Shown here: one piece after another, positions 7,555 to 16,048 of the stretch
Layout: each line of letters opens with the position of its first letter
How positions within the stretch are numbered: the stretch's first letter is position 1
Assembly (NCBI GenBank): GCA_030429505.1
Contig: JAUIFI010000001.1
Span: forward strand, 210,001 to 242,000
Origin: Candidatus Saccharimonadota bacterium
GTDB taxonomy: Bacteria; Patescibacteriota; Gracilibacteria; UBA4473
Length of the DNA: 32,000 nucleotides
Reading direction: 5' to 3'
Program-made: the position numbers and the translations under genes
Notes under the pieces: model-generated
Seen by the model: only the letters and a program-made list of their open reading frames with translations
Told to the model about the DNA's origin: nothing
Database searches by the model: none

Positions 7555-7582
7555 TTGACAGCCTGCATTCTATAAGTAAAGT
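7555..7582 (+). promoter_or_regulatory. Candidate promoter (TTGACA-16 bp-TAAAGT) directly upstream of rpsU; would give a near-leaderless mRNA
   Basis: Perfect TTGACA at 7555-7560 and TAAAGT at 7577-7582. The ATG at 7591 is only 8 nt downstream of the -10, and no SD is present. Confidence 0.3.
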
Positions 7583-7590
7583 ATCCAAGC

Positions 7591-7797
7591 ATGATAAAAG
7601 TAGTAAAGCGTGACGGAGAATCAACCGAAAAACTCTTGAAGAGGTTTTCGGGACATGTAAAATCAACTCGGTTGATGCAGAAGATGCGAGGACTTCGTTA
7701 CGTTAGTCAAAAACCTCGAAAAAGAGTGGTAAGAGCCGCAGCTGTCATGAGAGAAAAACATAGAGCACATGCTAAAAAAAGACGTTTTTTAGCTTAA
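7591..7797 (+). CDS. rpsU: 30S ribosomal protein S21
   Basis: 68 aa and highly basic. MIKVVKRDGESTEKLLKRFSGHVKSTRLMQKMRGLRYVSQKPRKRVVR matches the S21 pattern (V.V...E.....L.RFK......G.....R...Y.KP...RK). Confidence 0.85.
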   Translation: MIKVVKRDGESTEKLLKRFSGHVKSTRLMQKMRGLRYVSQKPRKRVVRAAAVMREKHRAHAKKRRFLA

Positions 7798-7812
7798 TTT
7801 CAGAAGGAAAGG

Positions 7813-8628
7813 ATGACGATCAAAAGAGCTATCACGTGGGGAAAACGTGTATTAAGTGAGCTTCACTTTCCTTTGCTAGAAGTGGAAGTATTACTCTCAC
7901 ATATTCTCAATACTGATCGTGCCTTTTTAAAGGCAAATAATGAACGAAAACTAAGCATGAAAGAGTGTTGGAAATTCAGAAGAGGAATTAAAAAACGAAG
8001 AAAAAATATTCCTCTTGCCTATATTATCCACACCAAATTATGGGGGGGAATTAGTATTTATGTAAATAAAAATGTTCTTATACCTAGGGATGAAACAGAA
8101 ATATTGTGCACAAAAATTACTCAAAAAAAAAGAGGTTTTTTGCCTCGAGTTATACTGGATATTGGGACGGGAAGTGGCTGTATAGCTTTATACTTAAAAA
8201 AACATTGGATGAAGGCACGTGTAATTGCCCTTGATAAAAGTAAAAAGGCTCTTCATGTCGCCCAAAAAAATGCTCAAAAACATCAATTATCTATTGAATT
8301 TTTGTATTCAAACCTTCTCAGCAATATCTCACAAAATTCATCATTTGATATTATAGTGGCTAATCTGCCCTATGTTCCAGAATTACAGAGCGTGAGTCCA
8401 GAAGTGCAAAAAGAACCTCCAAATGCTATTTTTTCTGGAGTAGATGGACTTGAGCATATCAGGTGTCTTGCTCATGAACTCAAAAAGAAAAATATACATT
8501 ACCAAGAACTCTGGCTTGAATTCTTACCTTCCCAAAAAAAATCAATAACGCATATATTCAAAAACCAAAAAATACAGTTTTTGGGAGATATCTCAGAGAG
8601 TATATTTTTCGCTTGTATTACTACTTAA
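7813..8628 (+). CDS. prmC: Release-factor glutamine N5-methyltransferase (PrmC/HemK family)
   Basis: VLIPRDETE (the PRPETE-like motif), the SAM-binding ILDIGTGSGCIAL, and motif IV IVANLPYV (a variant of NPPY). Size and domain order fit PrmC. Confidence 0.85.
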   Translation: MTIKRAITWGKRVLSELHFPLLEVEVLLSHILNTDRAFLKANNERKLSMKECWKFRRGIKKRRKNIPLAYIIHTKLWGGISIYVNKNVLIPRDETEILCTKITQKKRGFLPRVILDIGTGSGCIALYLKKHWMKARVIALDKSKKALHVAQKNAQKHQLSIEFLYSNLLSNISQNSSFDIIVANLPYVPELQSVSPEVQKEPPNAIFSGVDGLEHIRCLAHELKKKNIHYQELWLEFLPSQKKSITHIFKNQKIQFLGDISESIFFACITT

Positions 8629-9821
8629 TGGCTCGAATTTCTTTTTGTATATTCTTCGACAAAAATAGCAATAGAAGCGGCAATTGGAATAGACAATATC
8701 ATTGCGATAATAGCAAAAGCAAGTCCTCCGGCCGCATTTCCCAGTATCCCACCAATAGCCAAAGCCAAAATTACTACCACTGAAGATAAGCCAGTGACTT
8801 TTTCCATAACAATCGGAACCAATAAATTTCCTTCAAGAAACTGTACAAGAGCAATCCAAGCAATAATAGCTACCACCAAAGGCCAAGATATATTCAGAGC
8901 AATTAAGGCTGCAAAAAGTCCCGTAATAATCACTCCGATATAAGGGAAAAGCTCCATAAATCCAGCTAAAAGTGCAATAGTCAGAGCGTGTTCCATCCCA
9001 AACATATATTCAAAGATTTTCATACCTACATACATCATAAGTCCTATTGAAACCATCAAAATAGCCTGTCCTCGAAACCATTTGGATATTTTTTCCTGAA
9101 TGTTTTTCATTTTAGATTGTATATATTCACGATCCTTCGCTGGGAAAAGAGTAAGAAAAAAAGTTCCAATCATTTCTCGTTCCAAGAGAATAAAAAAGAG
9201 AAGTACCAAAGCAAAGCCAAAATTAAAGATGCCTTGAAAAACATTACTTAAAATAGAAAGAGTAGATCCAAGAAATTTCTGAATATGCTGAAATATTTCA
9301 GAAAAATTACCAGATAAAGAACCTGAAAGCTCATTACCACCCATGCGAACCAGTTCTTGTAAAAACATATTATCTTTCAGACTTATCCCAAAAACGGTTA
9401 AATCTTTAAGTAACGGCTGAACCTGCTCCACAATCACCGGCAAAATAGCGACAAACAAAACTGTTAAAGCACCTAAAAAACCAATATATAAAATCAAAAT
9501 AGCAATAGGTCGAGGAATAGATCGCTTTTCGAGAGAATTTACAATCGGTGTCAGTCCAATAGCTAAGAAAAAACAGATTGCAGTAATGGTCAGAATATTC
9601 TGAAGTTGCACAAAAAGCGATCGTGCCACCATAAAAAGAGCCACAATTAACAAAATCTTAACAACAGTAGAAGAAGCTATCACTACTTCTATTTTTTCTG
9701 TTTTTTGTGTTTTTACAGAAGAATTCTTTTTCTTTGGTTTGTCAGTCTCTTTTTTTTGATCTCGAATATCATGAATTCTCTGAAGCTTTTCATAGAAAAT
9801 ATCAAGTATCTTTTTCATCAA
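8625..9821 (-). CDS. AI-2E family (PerM/UPF0118) transporter
   Basis: Polytopic membrane protein with about 8 TM segments. The family-typical FMELFPYIGVIITG and LVPIVMEKVTGLSSVVVILALAIGG motifs are present. Its stop overlaps the prmC stop in the shared sequence TTAA (8625-8628). Confidence 0.8.
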   Translation of the reverse strand: MMKKILDIFYEKLQRIHDIRDQKKETDKPKKKNSSVKTQKTEKIEVVIASSTVVKILLIVALFMVARSLFVQLQNILTITAICFFLAIGLTPIVNSLEKRSIPRPIAILILYIGFLGALTVLFVAILPVIVEQVQPLLKDLTVFGISLKDNMFLQELVRMGGNELSGSLSGNFSEIFQHIQKFLGSTLSILSNVFQGIFNFGFALVLLFFILLEREMIGTFFLTLFPAKDREYIQSKMKNIQEKISKWFRGQAILMVSIGLMMYVGMKIFEYMFGMEHALTIALLAGFMELFPYIGVIITGLFAALIALNISWPLVVAIIAWIALVQFLEGNLLVPIVMEKVTGLSSVVVILALAIGGILGNAAGGLAFAIIAMILSIPIAASIAIFVEEYTKRNSSH

Positions 9822-9867
9822 TCTTATTTTATCTCATCCCGACTATATACCAAAAAAAATATGGTGG

Positions 9868-10077
9868 CTATTTATTTTGAGAACGAGAAATTTGTTTTGC
9901 TTTGTGTATAGTATGCTTTTTTAACCGAGGACAAAATTTTCGAATCTCAAATTCCTTTGGGTTTGTATTTTGTGTGTTGAGTAGTATTTTATAGTTTTCC
10001 ATACGCTTACCAAGTTTTTCAAATACCTCAGTACAATAAAGAGAAAAGAAAGCACGTTTTTTGGTCGCTCGAGCCAT
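9868..10077 (-). CDS. rpmG: 50S ribosomal protein L33
   Basis: 69 aa. ...LYCTEVFEKLGKRMENYKILLNTQNTNPKEFEIRKFCPRLKKHTIHKAK matches the L33 core (Y.T.KN..N.P.KLE.KK.CP...KHT.HKE.K). Confidence 0.8.
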   Translation of the reverse strand: MARATKKRAFFSLYCTEVFEKLGKRMENYKILLNTQNTNPKEFEIRKFCPRLKKHTIHKAKQISRSQNK

Positions 10078-10149
10078 AACTATTACAAGTAAAAAATCAG
10101 GAAAATTTTATACACAAAAGACATTTTGTCAAAAAAATGTCCGTACAAA

Positions 10150-10452
10150 TTACAAATTCTCAATCTCCATTTCGATTTCAGCTTCTTCTGGAATATCTGA
10201 CTTGAGTCCACAAATGCAAGTTAGAACTTCATTGTCTTCCGTCGTAATATGCTTGGGACCAATTAATTCTTCTTCTAAGTATTCTTTCCCTTTATGAACC
10301 CTTCCTACACATGTCCGACAGGCTCCCACACCGCATGAGAAGGGGATGGGGATTCCTTGATCTTGAGCTTGGGTGCCGAGAGATTCATCTTGATGAGCGT
10401 CAAAGGTGTTGATACTTTGTCCTTGGTTATCTTTGATCGTAATTTTCACCAT
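10150..10452 (-). CDS. 2Fe-2S ferredoxin (plant/vertebrate-type fold)
   Basis: The cluster motif C-x4-C-x2-C appears in FSCGVGACRTCVGRV, with a distal Cys in VLTCICG. 100 aa with an acidic C-terminus. Confidence 0.8.
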   Translation of the reverse strand: MVKITIKDNQGQSINTFDAHQDESLGTQAQDQGIPIPFSCGVGACRTCVGRVHKGKEYLEEELIGPKHITTEDNEVLTCICGLKSDIPEEAEIEMEIENL

Positions 10453-10526
10453 AAAATAAATTGAAGATACAGAGATTGTACGATTTTCTGAATCGTAATC
10501 AAATCTGAATACGATCTCCTTGGAAA

Positions 10527-11537
10527 TTAATAATTTCTACTCCACTTTCGATAACACTCTACACCAAAGTTTAGCCAGTATTTCATAGTCAAAGGATGAT
10601 CCTGAACATGCAAAAATCTTCTTTCTTCACCACCAAAGCCTCTCTTGAACTGAGATAATCCATACCAAGGGTGTTTTTTTGCATTTTTTTCTGACACTCC
10701 CCAAAAATTAAACTCTCGACATCCTCTTTTTTTCGCTTCTAAGATTGCTGCCCAAAGCGTAGCATACGAAAAAGGACACGACGATTTTTCAGAAGCCCCC
10801 TGATGATAGTATCCAGCATGACTATCAAAAAGAATCACAGAACTCGCTCCCGCGTTTCCATCTTTATAAGCTGAAAAAATCTGGACATCATTACCAAATA
10901 CCTTTAACTCAGTAGCCGTAACATCTTTCGAAAAAGGGATAAAGCTTTGTCGTTTGACAGTCTTTTCATGAAGTCCCCAAAACGTATCCAAATCTTTCAC
11001 ACTATTCCCTTTCTTTACTTCAATGTGACATCGCTTAACTCTTTGAACTTCGTAGCGCGTAGATTTACGCATATTCTTAAGAAGCGTGGCTTCGCTCTTC
11101 GTAATATCAAGCACCAAACTTAGTTCAGGATTTACGAGATGAATAGGCGCCGGACGAAATTTTTGCGATGAAAAAAGCCCTATCGTATATGGGGAAAAAG
11201 GGGGAGATACTCTAACAAAATCACATTTCTCCTGTTCACCAAGCTTTTTATAATACGCCAAGAAGGCTGGAGTTGCTTCATCAATATAACTCTCATAAAT
11301 GAGAGGTCCATGAGGTGTATGAAGATACGAACCTCTTTTGGCATTGATTTTTTGAAACTGAGCTACTCCAATAAGTTTTTTCTCCTGAAAAATACCGATT
11401 CGAAAATTTTTTTCACCAATACTTTCTCGAAAACCCCCATACTTGGAAATTTGCAAAAACGTCTTCCATGGTCCTGAAAAAGACGCATAAAATTGATCTA
11501 GTTTTTGAGCTGAAATAGTTTGTAGGGAGAAAATCAT
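10527..11537 (-). CDS. FemAB-family peptidoglycan interpeptide-bridge aminoacyltransferase (FemX-like)
   Basis: FLQISKYGGFRES (FLQS..WG.F-like), a tandem GNAT-like layout, YYHQGASE (Y.YGAS-like), and REFNFWGV plus GLSQFKRGFGG (the F..GFG motif). Its start overlaps the upstream stop as ATGA at 11534-11537. Confidence 0.8.
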   Translation of the reverse strand: MIFSLQTISAQKLDQFYASFSGPWKTFLQISKYGGFRESIGEKNFRIGIFQEKKLIGVAQFQKINAKRGSYLHTPHGPLIYESYIDEATPAFLAYYKKLGEQEKCDFVRVSPPFSPYTIGLFSSQKFRPAPIHLVNPELSLVLDITKSEATLLKNMRKSTRYEVQRVKRCHIEVKKGNSVKDLDTFWGLHEKTVKRQSFIPFSKDVTATELKVFGNDVQIFSAYKDGNAGASSVILFDSHAGYYHQGASEKSSCPFSYATLWAAILEAKKRGCREFNFWGVSEKNAKKHPWYGLSQFKRGFGGEERRFLHVQDHPLTMKYWLNFGVECYRKWSRNY

Positions 11538-12715
11538 TGGTGGAGGAGCATCCAGAGATGAGAGAAGTATTCAATATCTTTTATGCGAGTTCGAATATTA
11601 GTAGGGAATGTTATATAATTTTGAGCATAAACTTCAGCCTTTGGGCACATTCCTTTTTTATATCCAAAGTTTTGTAAGATTACACCCTCTGGAGAAAGAG
11701 GGACTCCGTTCCATTCATATAAATCAAACCCAAAAGGCTTCATGCGTTCTCGGATGTGTTGAGCGTTTGAAGTCTTAAAAAGAACACGAAAATTATTACG
11801 AAGGGGGGCAATAGTACCTTCATGAAAAATGAGTGTCAATACCTCCTTCCACTTCAGAGCCAGAGCTTCACGATGACGCATACGAACTCGTCTTCTTTTG
11901 AATTGATACAGAAGTACTCGTTGCATGGGAAAAGGCATACAGCCAATAGGAAAATCTTCGATCCCTTTTTTTTCAGATAAAGAAACGGCTCGTGGAAGAA
12001 TCTTGGATTTTTTCATTACGTATGCAAACACCTTTCCAATACTTCCTATATTCCATAACGGCAAAGAGAAAGATAAAAGAAAAGGTTGAAATAAGTGCTT
12101 AACCGTCCAAGTCCAAGAGGGAGAGGGGAGTCGAATCTGCTTAAATGACTCATGATATGGCGAGGAATTTTTCCAAAGAAGAGCTCCACCCGATACGCAC
12201 GACACATCTTTTTCTCGACCAAAACTTAATATTTTCGCATCACAAAAGTCTGAGTTCGTATCAAACAAATGCGCTCCATCTTCAATCACAAAGATATTTT
12301 TTTCCTGCGCAAGTTTAAAAATTTTTTCAATTGGAGCTTTTTGACCAAAAATATGAGGAACCACCACCATCGAAATCAGGTTTGATTTTTTCTGAAAATC
12401 ATCCACCGAGATCAAACCGTTTTCATCCGTATCAATCCATTCAATAGTATACCCTCGACTCAAAAAAGGCACCGCCACCACTGCACACAAAAAAGCCGGC
12501 AACCCGATTTTTTTCTTTTTATCAGGTTTAACAATTTCAATGATTTGTCCCAAAGCTGTTCGAGCACCATTTGTTAAAACATAATGTGAAGTTTCAAAAT
12601 ATTCAGTAAAATCCAATGATTTTTTAGAAAAAATTCGGGCTATCTGAACCAAGCAATACAAGCTATCTCGAAAAGAAAAATTCGGCGTCAATTGGTTCGA
12701 AACAAGTTTCTTCAT
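11534..12715 (-). CDS. DegT/DnrJ/EryC1/StrS-like PLP-dependent aminotransferase (divergent)
   Basis: IGLPAFLCAVVAVPFLSRGYTIEWIDTD, VVVPHIFGQKAPIEKIFKLAQEKNIFVIEDGAHLF, and ILSFGREKDVSCVSGGALL, which matches the SF...K......GG segment carrying the PLP-lysine. ATGA overlaps on both sides. Confidence 0.6.
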   Translation of the reverse strand: MKKLVSNQLTPNFSFRDSLYCLVQIARIFSKKSLDFTEYFETSHYVLTNGARTALGQIIEIVKPDKKKKIGLPAFLCAVVAVPFLSRGYTIEWIDTDENGLISVDDFQKKSNLISMVVVPHIFGQKAPIEKIFKLAQEKNIFVIEDGAHLFDTNSDFCDAKILSFGREKDVSCVSGGALLWKNSSPYHESFKQIRLPSPSWTWTVKHLFQPFLLSFSLPLWNIGSIGKVFAYVMKKSKILPRAVSLSEKKGIEDFPIGCMPFPMQRVLLYQFKRRRVRMRHREALALKWKEVLTLIFHEGTIAPLRNNFRVLFKTSNAQHIRERMKPFGFDLYEWNGVPLSPEGVILQNFGYKKGMCPKAEVYAQNYITFPTNIRTRIKDIEYFSHLWMLLHQ

Positions 12716-14220
12716 AGCACTACAGACTTAAAGTTATCCGTCACTCGAGATTCAAACAAAACGACATCATTTTTCTTTGTTTGCGATATGAGCTTCTTGA
12801 AAACAGTTAAGTCTTGTCCGTGAAATCTAGCTCCGCACAAACGCTTTCCCATATCAGAAAAATCTTCTCCAATCCAAAAAATATGAGCCTTCATGTCCTT
12901 CAATTGCGCAAAAATTTTTTCATGAGCTTGTCGACGATGTTCCCCGAGCTCGATCAAAGGAATCCCAACATAAATTCTTTGTCCAGAAAATTTTTCAAAT
13001 TGCGAAATCGCGGCCAACACTCCATCAGGGTTTGAAGAGTACGGATCATTGAGAATAGTAAGACCGGAAGGGGCTTTTTTGATGTGCAAAGCACGTTCCA
13101 ATGGAGGTAAAGAGGGGAGTGTAAGGGCAATTTCTGATGGAGTCATTCCCAATTCCCGAGCGATTTCCATAGCGAGCAAAGCATTCATCACAAAAAATTC
13201 ACCAATCCACGGCAAAAGCATATTCTTACCATAAACGTTGAAAGTCGTAGAATCAAAGTCACTCTTAAGGTTTTTAACAACTTTACGAGACAAAGGGATT
13301 TTTGTCGCCGAAACTTCTTTTTCTGCACAAATTTCTGCTAGCAAAGGACTCTCAGCATTAAAAAAAACACGATCACTCGTATGCTCTGCCAGTTCAAATT
13401 TTCCTTCCTGAATATTTCGTTGAGAGCCAAAAAGGGGTAAATGTTGACTTCCCACCCCGGTCAAGATACTGAGATGTGGTTGTACAAAACGGCACATAGT
13501 ACTGATCTCACCTTTTTTATAAGCTCCCATTTCCATCACCAGTATTTTTTGGGGAGTTCCCTTTTGAGAAGGAGGAGAAAAGAATGATTTATTAAGCGTA
13601 ATAAGCCGTGCTACAGACAGCTCTGTGTTTTGATTAGCCCAATTATAAAGCACATTCTCTTTGCCAAACTTCGATATGAGAAGATGTACTAAGATTTCTT
13701 TCGTTGAAGATTTACCAAAACTCCCCGTAATTCCAATCCGAGTCACATGAGGAGCCTGATCAATAATAGCTTTCGCTTTCGAAAAAATACGCTTTCTCAC
13801 AAAATATACTGGAATTTTGGAAAGAAAAACCGCAAAAGTCATCGTCAACCAAATTGTCCTTTCCCATATGAAAAAAGTAAGAGCAAGAGGATAAAAATCT
13901 GGAAAAAGCTTATTCATCCAAAAGTACACCCCCTGGAGCGTTGGAATAAAGAGAAAAAGAATTCCAAAGCTTAGAATCAAAAAGAAAAAACTAATCAAAA
14001 GAATTCTGCCTGATAATTCTGGACGAGGTAAAATGCCTTCGAAAAACCATACATTGAACACTTTTTTTGTTCCTTCTTTTGTAGAGAGATGGTCTTTAAG
14101 TCTATCCCACCGATAATCTCTTTTTTGCCACTGCAGAAGCCAGAAAAGAGTTGTCCGAATACCAAGCAATACAAACACAATACTCGCAATAATTTCTACA
14201 GACAAAAAATTCATACCCAT
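12712..14220 (-). CDS. murF: MurF-like Mur ligase (UDP-MurNAc-peptide D-Ala-D-Ala-adding type) with a ~150-aa polytopic membrane N-terminus
   Basis: The P-loop IGITGSFGKSSTKE, NQNTELSVARLITL (compare MurF N.NN.IG.P.T.L), VMEMGAYKKGEIS, ILTGVGSQHLPLFGS and NDPYSSNPDG fit the Mur ligase central and C-terminal domains. Residues 1-150 hold 3-4 hydrophobic helices (IIASIVFVLLGIRTTLFWLL, ILLISFFFLILSFGILFLFI, PLALTFFIWERTIWLTMTFAVFL). Confidence 0.75.
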   Translation of the reverse strand: MGMNFLSVEIIASIVFVLLGIRTTLFWLLQWQKRDYRWDRLKDHLSTKEGTKKVFNVWFFEGILPRPELSGRILLISFFFLILSFGILFLFIPTLQGVYFWMNKLFPDFYPLALTFFIWERTIWLTMTFAVFLSKIPVYFVRKRIFSKAKAIIDQAPHVTRIGITGSFGKSSTKEILVHLLISKFGKENVLYNWANQNTELSVARLITLNKSFFSPPSQKGTPQKILVMEMGAYKKGEISTMCRFVQPHLSILTGVGSQHLPLFGSQRNIQEGKFELAEHTSDRVFFNAESPLLAEICAEKEVSATKIPLSRKVVKNLKSDFDSTTFNVYGKNMLLPWIGEFFVMNALLAMEIARELGMTPSEIALTLPSLPPLERALHIKKAPSGLTILNDPYSSNPDGVLAAISQFEKFSGQRIYVGIPLIELGEHRRQAHEKIFAQLKDMKAHIFWIGEDFSDMGKRLCGARFHGQDLTVFKKLISQTKKNDVVLFESRVTDNFKSVVL

Positions 14221-14258
14221 ACTGTATTATCCAGAATATAAAAAGTAAACCTTCCCTT

Positions 14259-14286
14259 TGTCATCCTGAACTTGATTCAGGATCTC
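14259..14286 (+). repeat. Hairpin repeat family, copy a (TGTCATCCTGAA-cttga-TTCAGGATCTC)
   Basis: An 8-bp stem ATCCTGAA/TTCAGGAT with a 5-nt loop. It shares the TGTCAT leader and CTC trailer with copies b and c. It lies in the hydrolase-murF intergenic region. Confidence 0.75.
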
Positions 14287-14296
14287 ATTGACTAAT

Positions 14297-14334
14297 CAAA
14301 TAAATAAAAATTCTGAAATGAATTCAGAATGACA
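14297..14334 (-). terminator. Hairpin repeat family, copy b, acting as the rho-independent terminator of the alpha/beta hydrolase gene
   Basis: The minus strand reads TGTCATTCTGAA-ttcat-TTCAGAAT followed by TTTTATTTATTTG. It starts 7 nt after the hydrolase stop (14341) and is inverted relative to copy a. Confidence 0.65.
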
Positions 14335-14340
14335 AAAAAA

Positions 14341-15111
14341 CTACGACTCTAAAAATTCCCCTACCAGTCCCACAATCTTATTCGTATGAGAATAATGAAT
14401 CCCATGGCGACCATCAGCAAAGACCTCTAGTCGAGAGTGGGGGAGTTTTTCGGAAAAAATATAACCTGATTTCAAAGGTGTATACGTATCATTCGCTCCC
14501 CAGATCAATAAGATCGGAGTTTGAATCTTCACCAATTCTTCTCGAAAATCCGCCTCCTCTACCACTTTTCGGCGAGTTGTCTCCATATGTTCAAATTTCC
14601 CCCAGTCATGAACCTTAAAGATTTTATGCAAAATCCATTTTTGAGCTTTGAAAGGTATTATTTTTTTTATTCTTTCACACTTTTTACTTAACGTACGAGA
14701 TAATTTTTGCCTCGGAGTCGGCGGCCACTTAATCCCGGCTGCTCCTGTCAAAATCACCTTCTTTGCCAATTCTGGACGCTTGAGGAGCATCCGTACCAAA
14801 ACTCGACAGCCAAAACTATGCCCGTAAAAATAGGCTTGTTTGATCTGTAAAGCTTCCAAAAAACCTTCAAGCCACTTTTCATATTGATGAGTTGTCCAGC
14901 CATCTTCGTCAGGATTTTCAGATTCTCCAAATCCTGGCAGATCAGGAACAATAATCTTCATCTGAAGTTTTTCTTGCATCAACGGGATTATTTTCTCAAA
15001 ACTCTTGGCATTACCTCCCCAGCCATGCAAAAAAATCATCACCTCATTACCTTCTCCATAGGTGACAAAATGAGTTTTAAGACCATTGATTTCAATAAAT
15101 TCAGACTGCAT
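14341..15111 (-). CDS. Alpha/beta-fold hydrolase
   Basis: FLHGWGGNAKSF (HG oxyanion region), the nucleophile elbow GHSFGCRV (G-x-S-x-G), and a late DGRHGIH segment supplying the catalytic His. 256 aa. Confidence 0.8.
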   Translation of the reverse strand: MQSEFIEINGLKTHFVTYGEGNEVMIFLHGWGGNAKSFEKIIPLMQEKLQMKIIVPDLPGFGESENPDEDGWTTHQYEKWLEGFLEALQIKQAYFYGHSFGCRVLVRMLLKRPELAKKVILTGAAGIKWPPTPRQKLSRTLSKKCERIKKIIPFKAQKWILHKIFKVHDWGKFEHMETTRRKVVEEADFREELVKIQTPILLIWGANDTYTPLKSGYIFSEKLPHSRLEVFADGRHGIHYSHTNKIVGLVGEFLES

Positions 15112-15233
15112 AACAGCCTCATACTACCAAATGAGACAAACTTGTCACCTCATCAGAAATTTTCTACGAACGGAAGAATATTTTGACTCTTTTGTATTTA
15201 GTTTTATATTAAAAATCGCTATTTAAAAAAACG

Positions 15234-15262
15234 GCAAAAAGATCCAGGTGGAGCGATTTTTT
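15234..15262. repeat. Left arm of an imperfect inverted repeat bracketing the two-gene membrane-protein cassette
   Basis: GCAAAAAGATCCAGGTGGAGCGATTTTTT. Its reverse complement matches 16049-16079 (AAAAATCGCT / CCACCTG / CTTTTTG blocks, one 4-nt indel and about 2 mismatches). AGCGATTTTT (15252-15261) also pairs locally with AAAAATCGCT at 15211-15220. Confidence 0.6.
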
Positions 15263-15291
15263 ATATTTATCAACTTAAAAAAAGGTGAAAA

Positions 15292-15582
15292 ATGAATACG
15301 CGATGGAAAATTACTTTCTCACTACTTGCGGGAGGGGTGATTCTAATGATTGCCCCAATGGTATATCACGAATTTTCCAATACGGATACAATAGTACCGA
15401 AGATTTTCTCAGCCTGGCGGTATTCATTCACTATGGGAATGGGTATGGCATTTACTGGTATTTCAATAATGCCAGATACAAACAGTAAAGGTTACCAGAA
15501 ATGGATAGTTCAGGCATTTCCCATAACCATGGCGTTGGGCTCGTGGCTTTTGTTTACACTTGCTTTCCTTAAGCCGGTATAA
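15292..15582 (+). CDS. Small membrane protein (96 aa, ~3 TM helices)
   Basis: The ATG at 15292 is preceded by AAGGTGA. Hydrophobic segments are ITFSLLAGGVILMIAPMV, FTMGMGMAFTGISIM and AFPITMALGSWLLFTLAFL. The overlapping ORF 15285..15488 in another frame looks spurious. Confidence 0.6.
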   Translation: MNTRWKITFSLLAGGVILMIAPMVYHEFSNTDTIVPKIFSAWRYSFTMGMGMAFTGISIMPDTNSKGYQKWIVQAFPITMALGSWLLFTLAFLKPV

Positions 15583-15658
15583 GAAAAAAGCATAATGAAG
15601 TCTCTCAAAAACTTTGTATCATAGTATGATTTTTATCCTATTTTTTAGGAGGAACGTA

Positions 15659-16018
15659 ATGAAATGTATAAATGAACAAGGGTTCAAAAAAATATTTTTT
15701 GGAGGTTTTGTTCTCGCTGCTATTAGTGTGTATATTTATGTTTTCTCCGGTTTCGGTGAAACGTTGGATAGACATTGGGCGTACGGAGTTGTGAGTATCA
15801 GTTGGGTCTTATTATTTTCCAGCGGAATTGGCTGGAATATTCAACAGACTTTTCTGACTCAGAAAAATGTATTAATTCGAAGAACTTATGTCGGTGTAGT
15901 AGGATTCGTGACACTCGTAGGAAATATTGTCCTCATCTTTCTCTCCTTTGCCTCGTTCATGATAGCTTCTATAGGGGACGCAACCTATCTGGAAGCTTTC
16001 GAGAAACTACTTGCGTAA
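15659..16018 (+). CDS. Small membrane protein (119 aa, ~4 TM helices)
   Basis: The ATG at 15659 sits 7 nt after a strong AGGAGG (15646-15651), one of the few clear SD sites in the window. Hydrophobic segments include IFFGGFVLAAISVYIYVFSG, GVVSISWVLLFSSGIGW and VGVVGFVTLVGNIVLIFLSFASFMIASI. Confidence 0.65.
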   Translation: MKCINEQGFKKIFFGGFVLAAISVYIYVFSGFGETLDRHWAYGVVSISWVLLFSSGIGWNIQQTFLTQKNVLIRRTYVGVVGFVTLVGNIVLIFLSFASFMIASIGDATYLEAFEKLLA

Positions 16019-16048
16019 TAGATAGTAAAAAAAGGAAGGAGAGATTTT

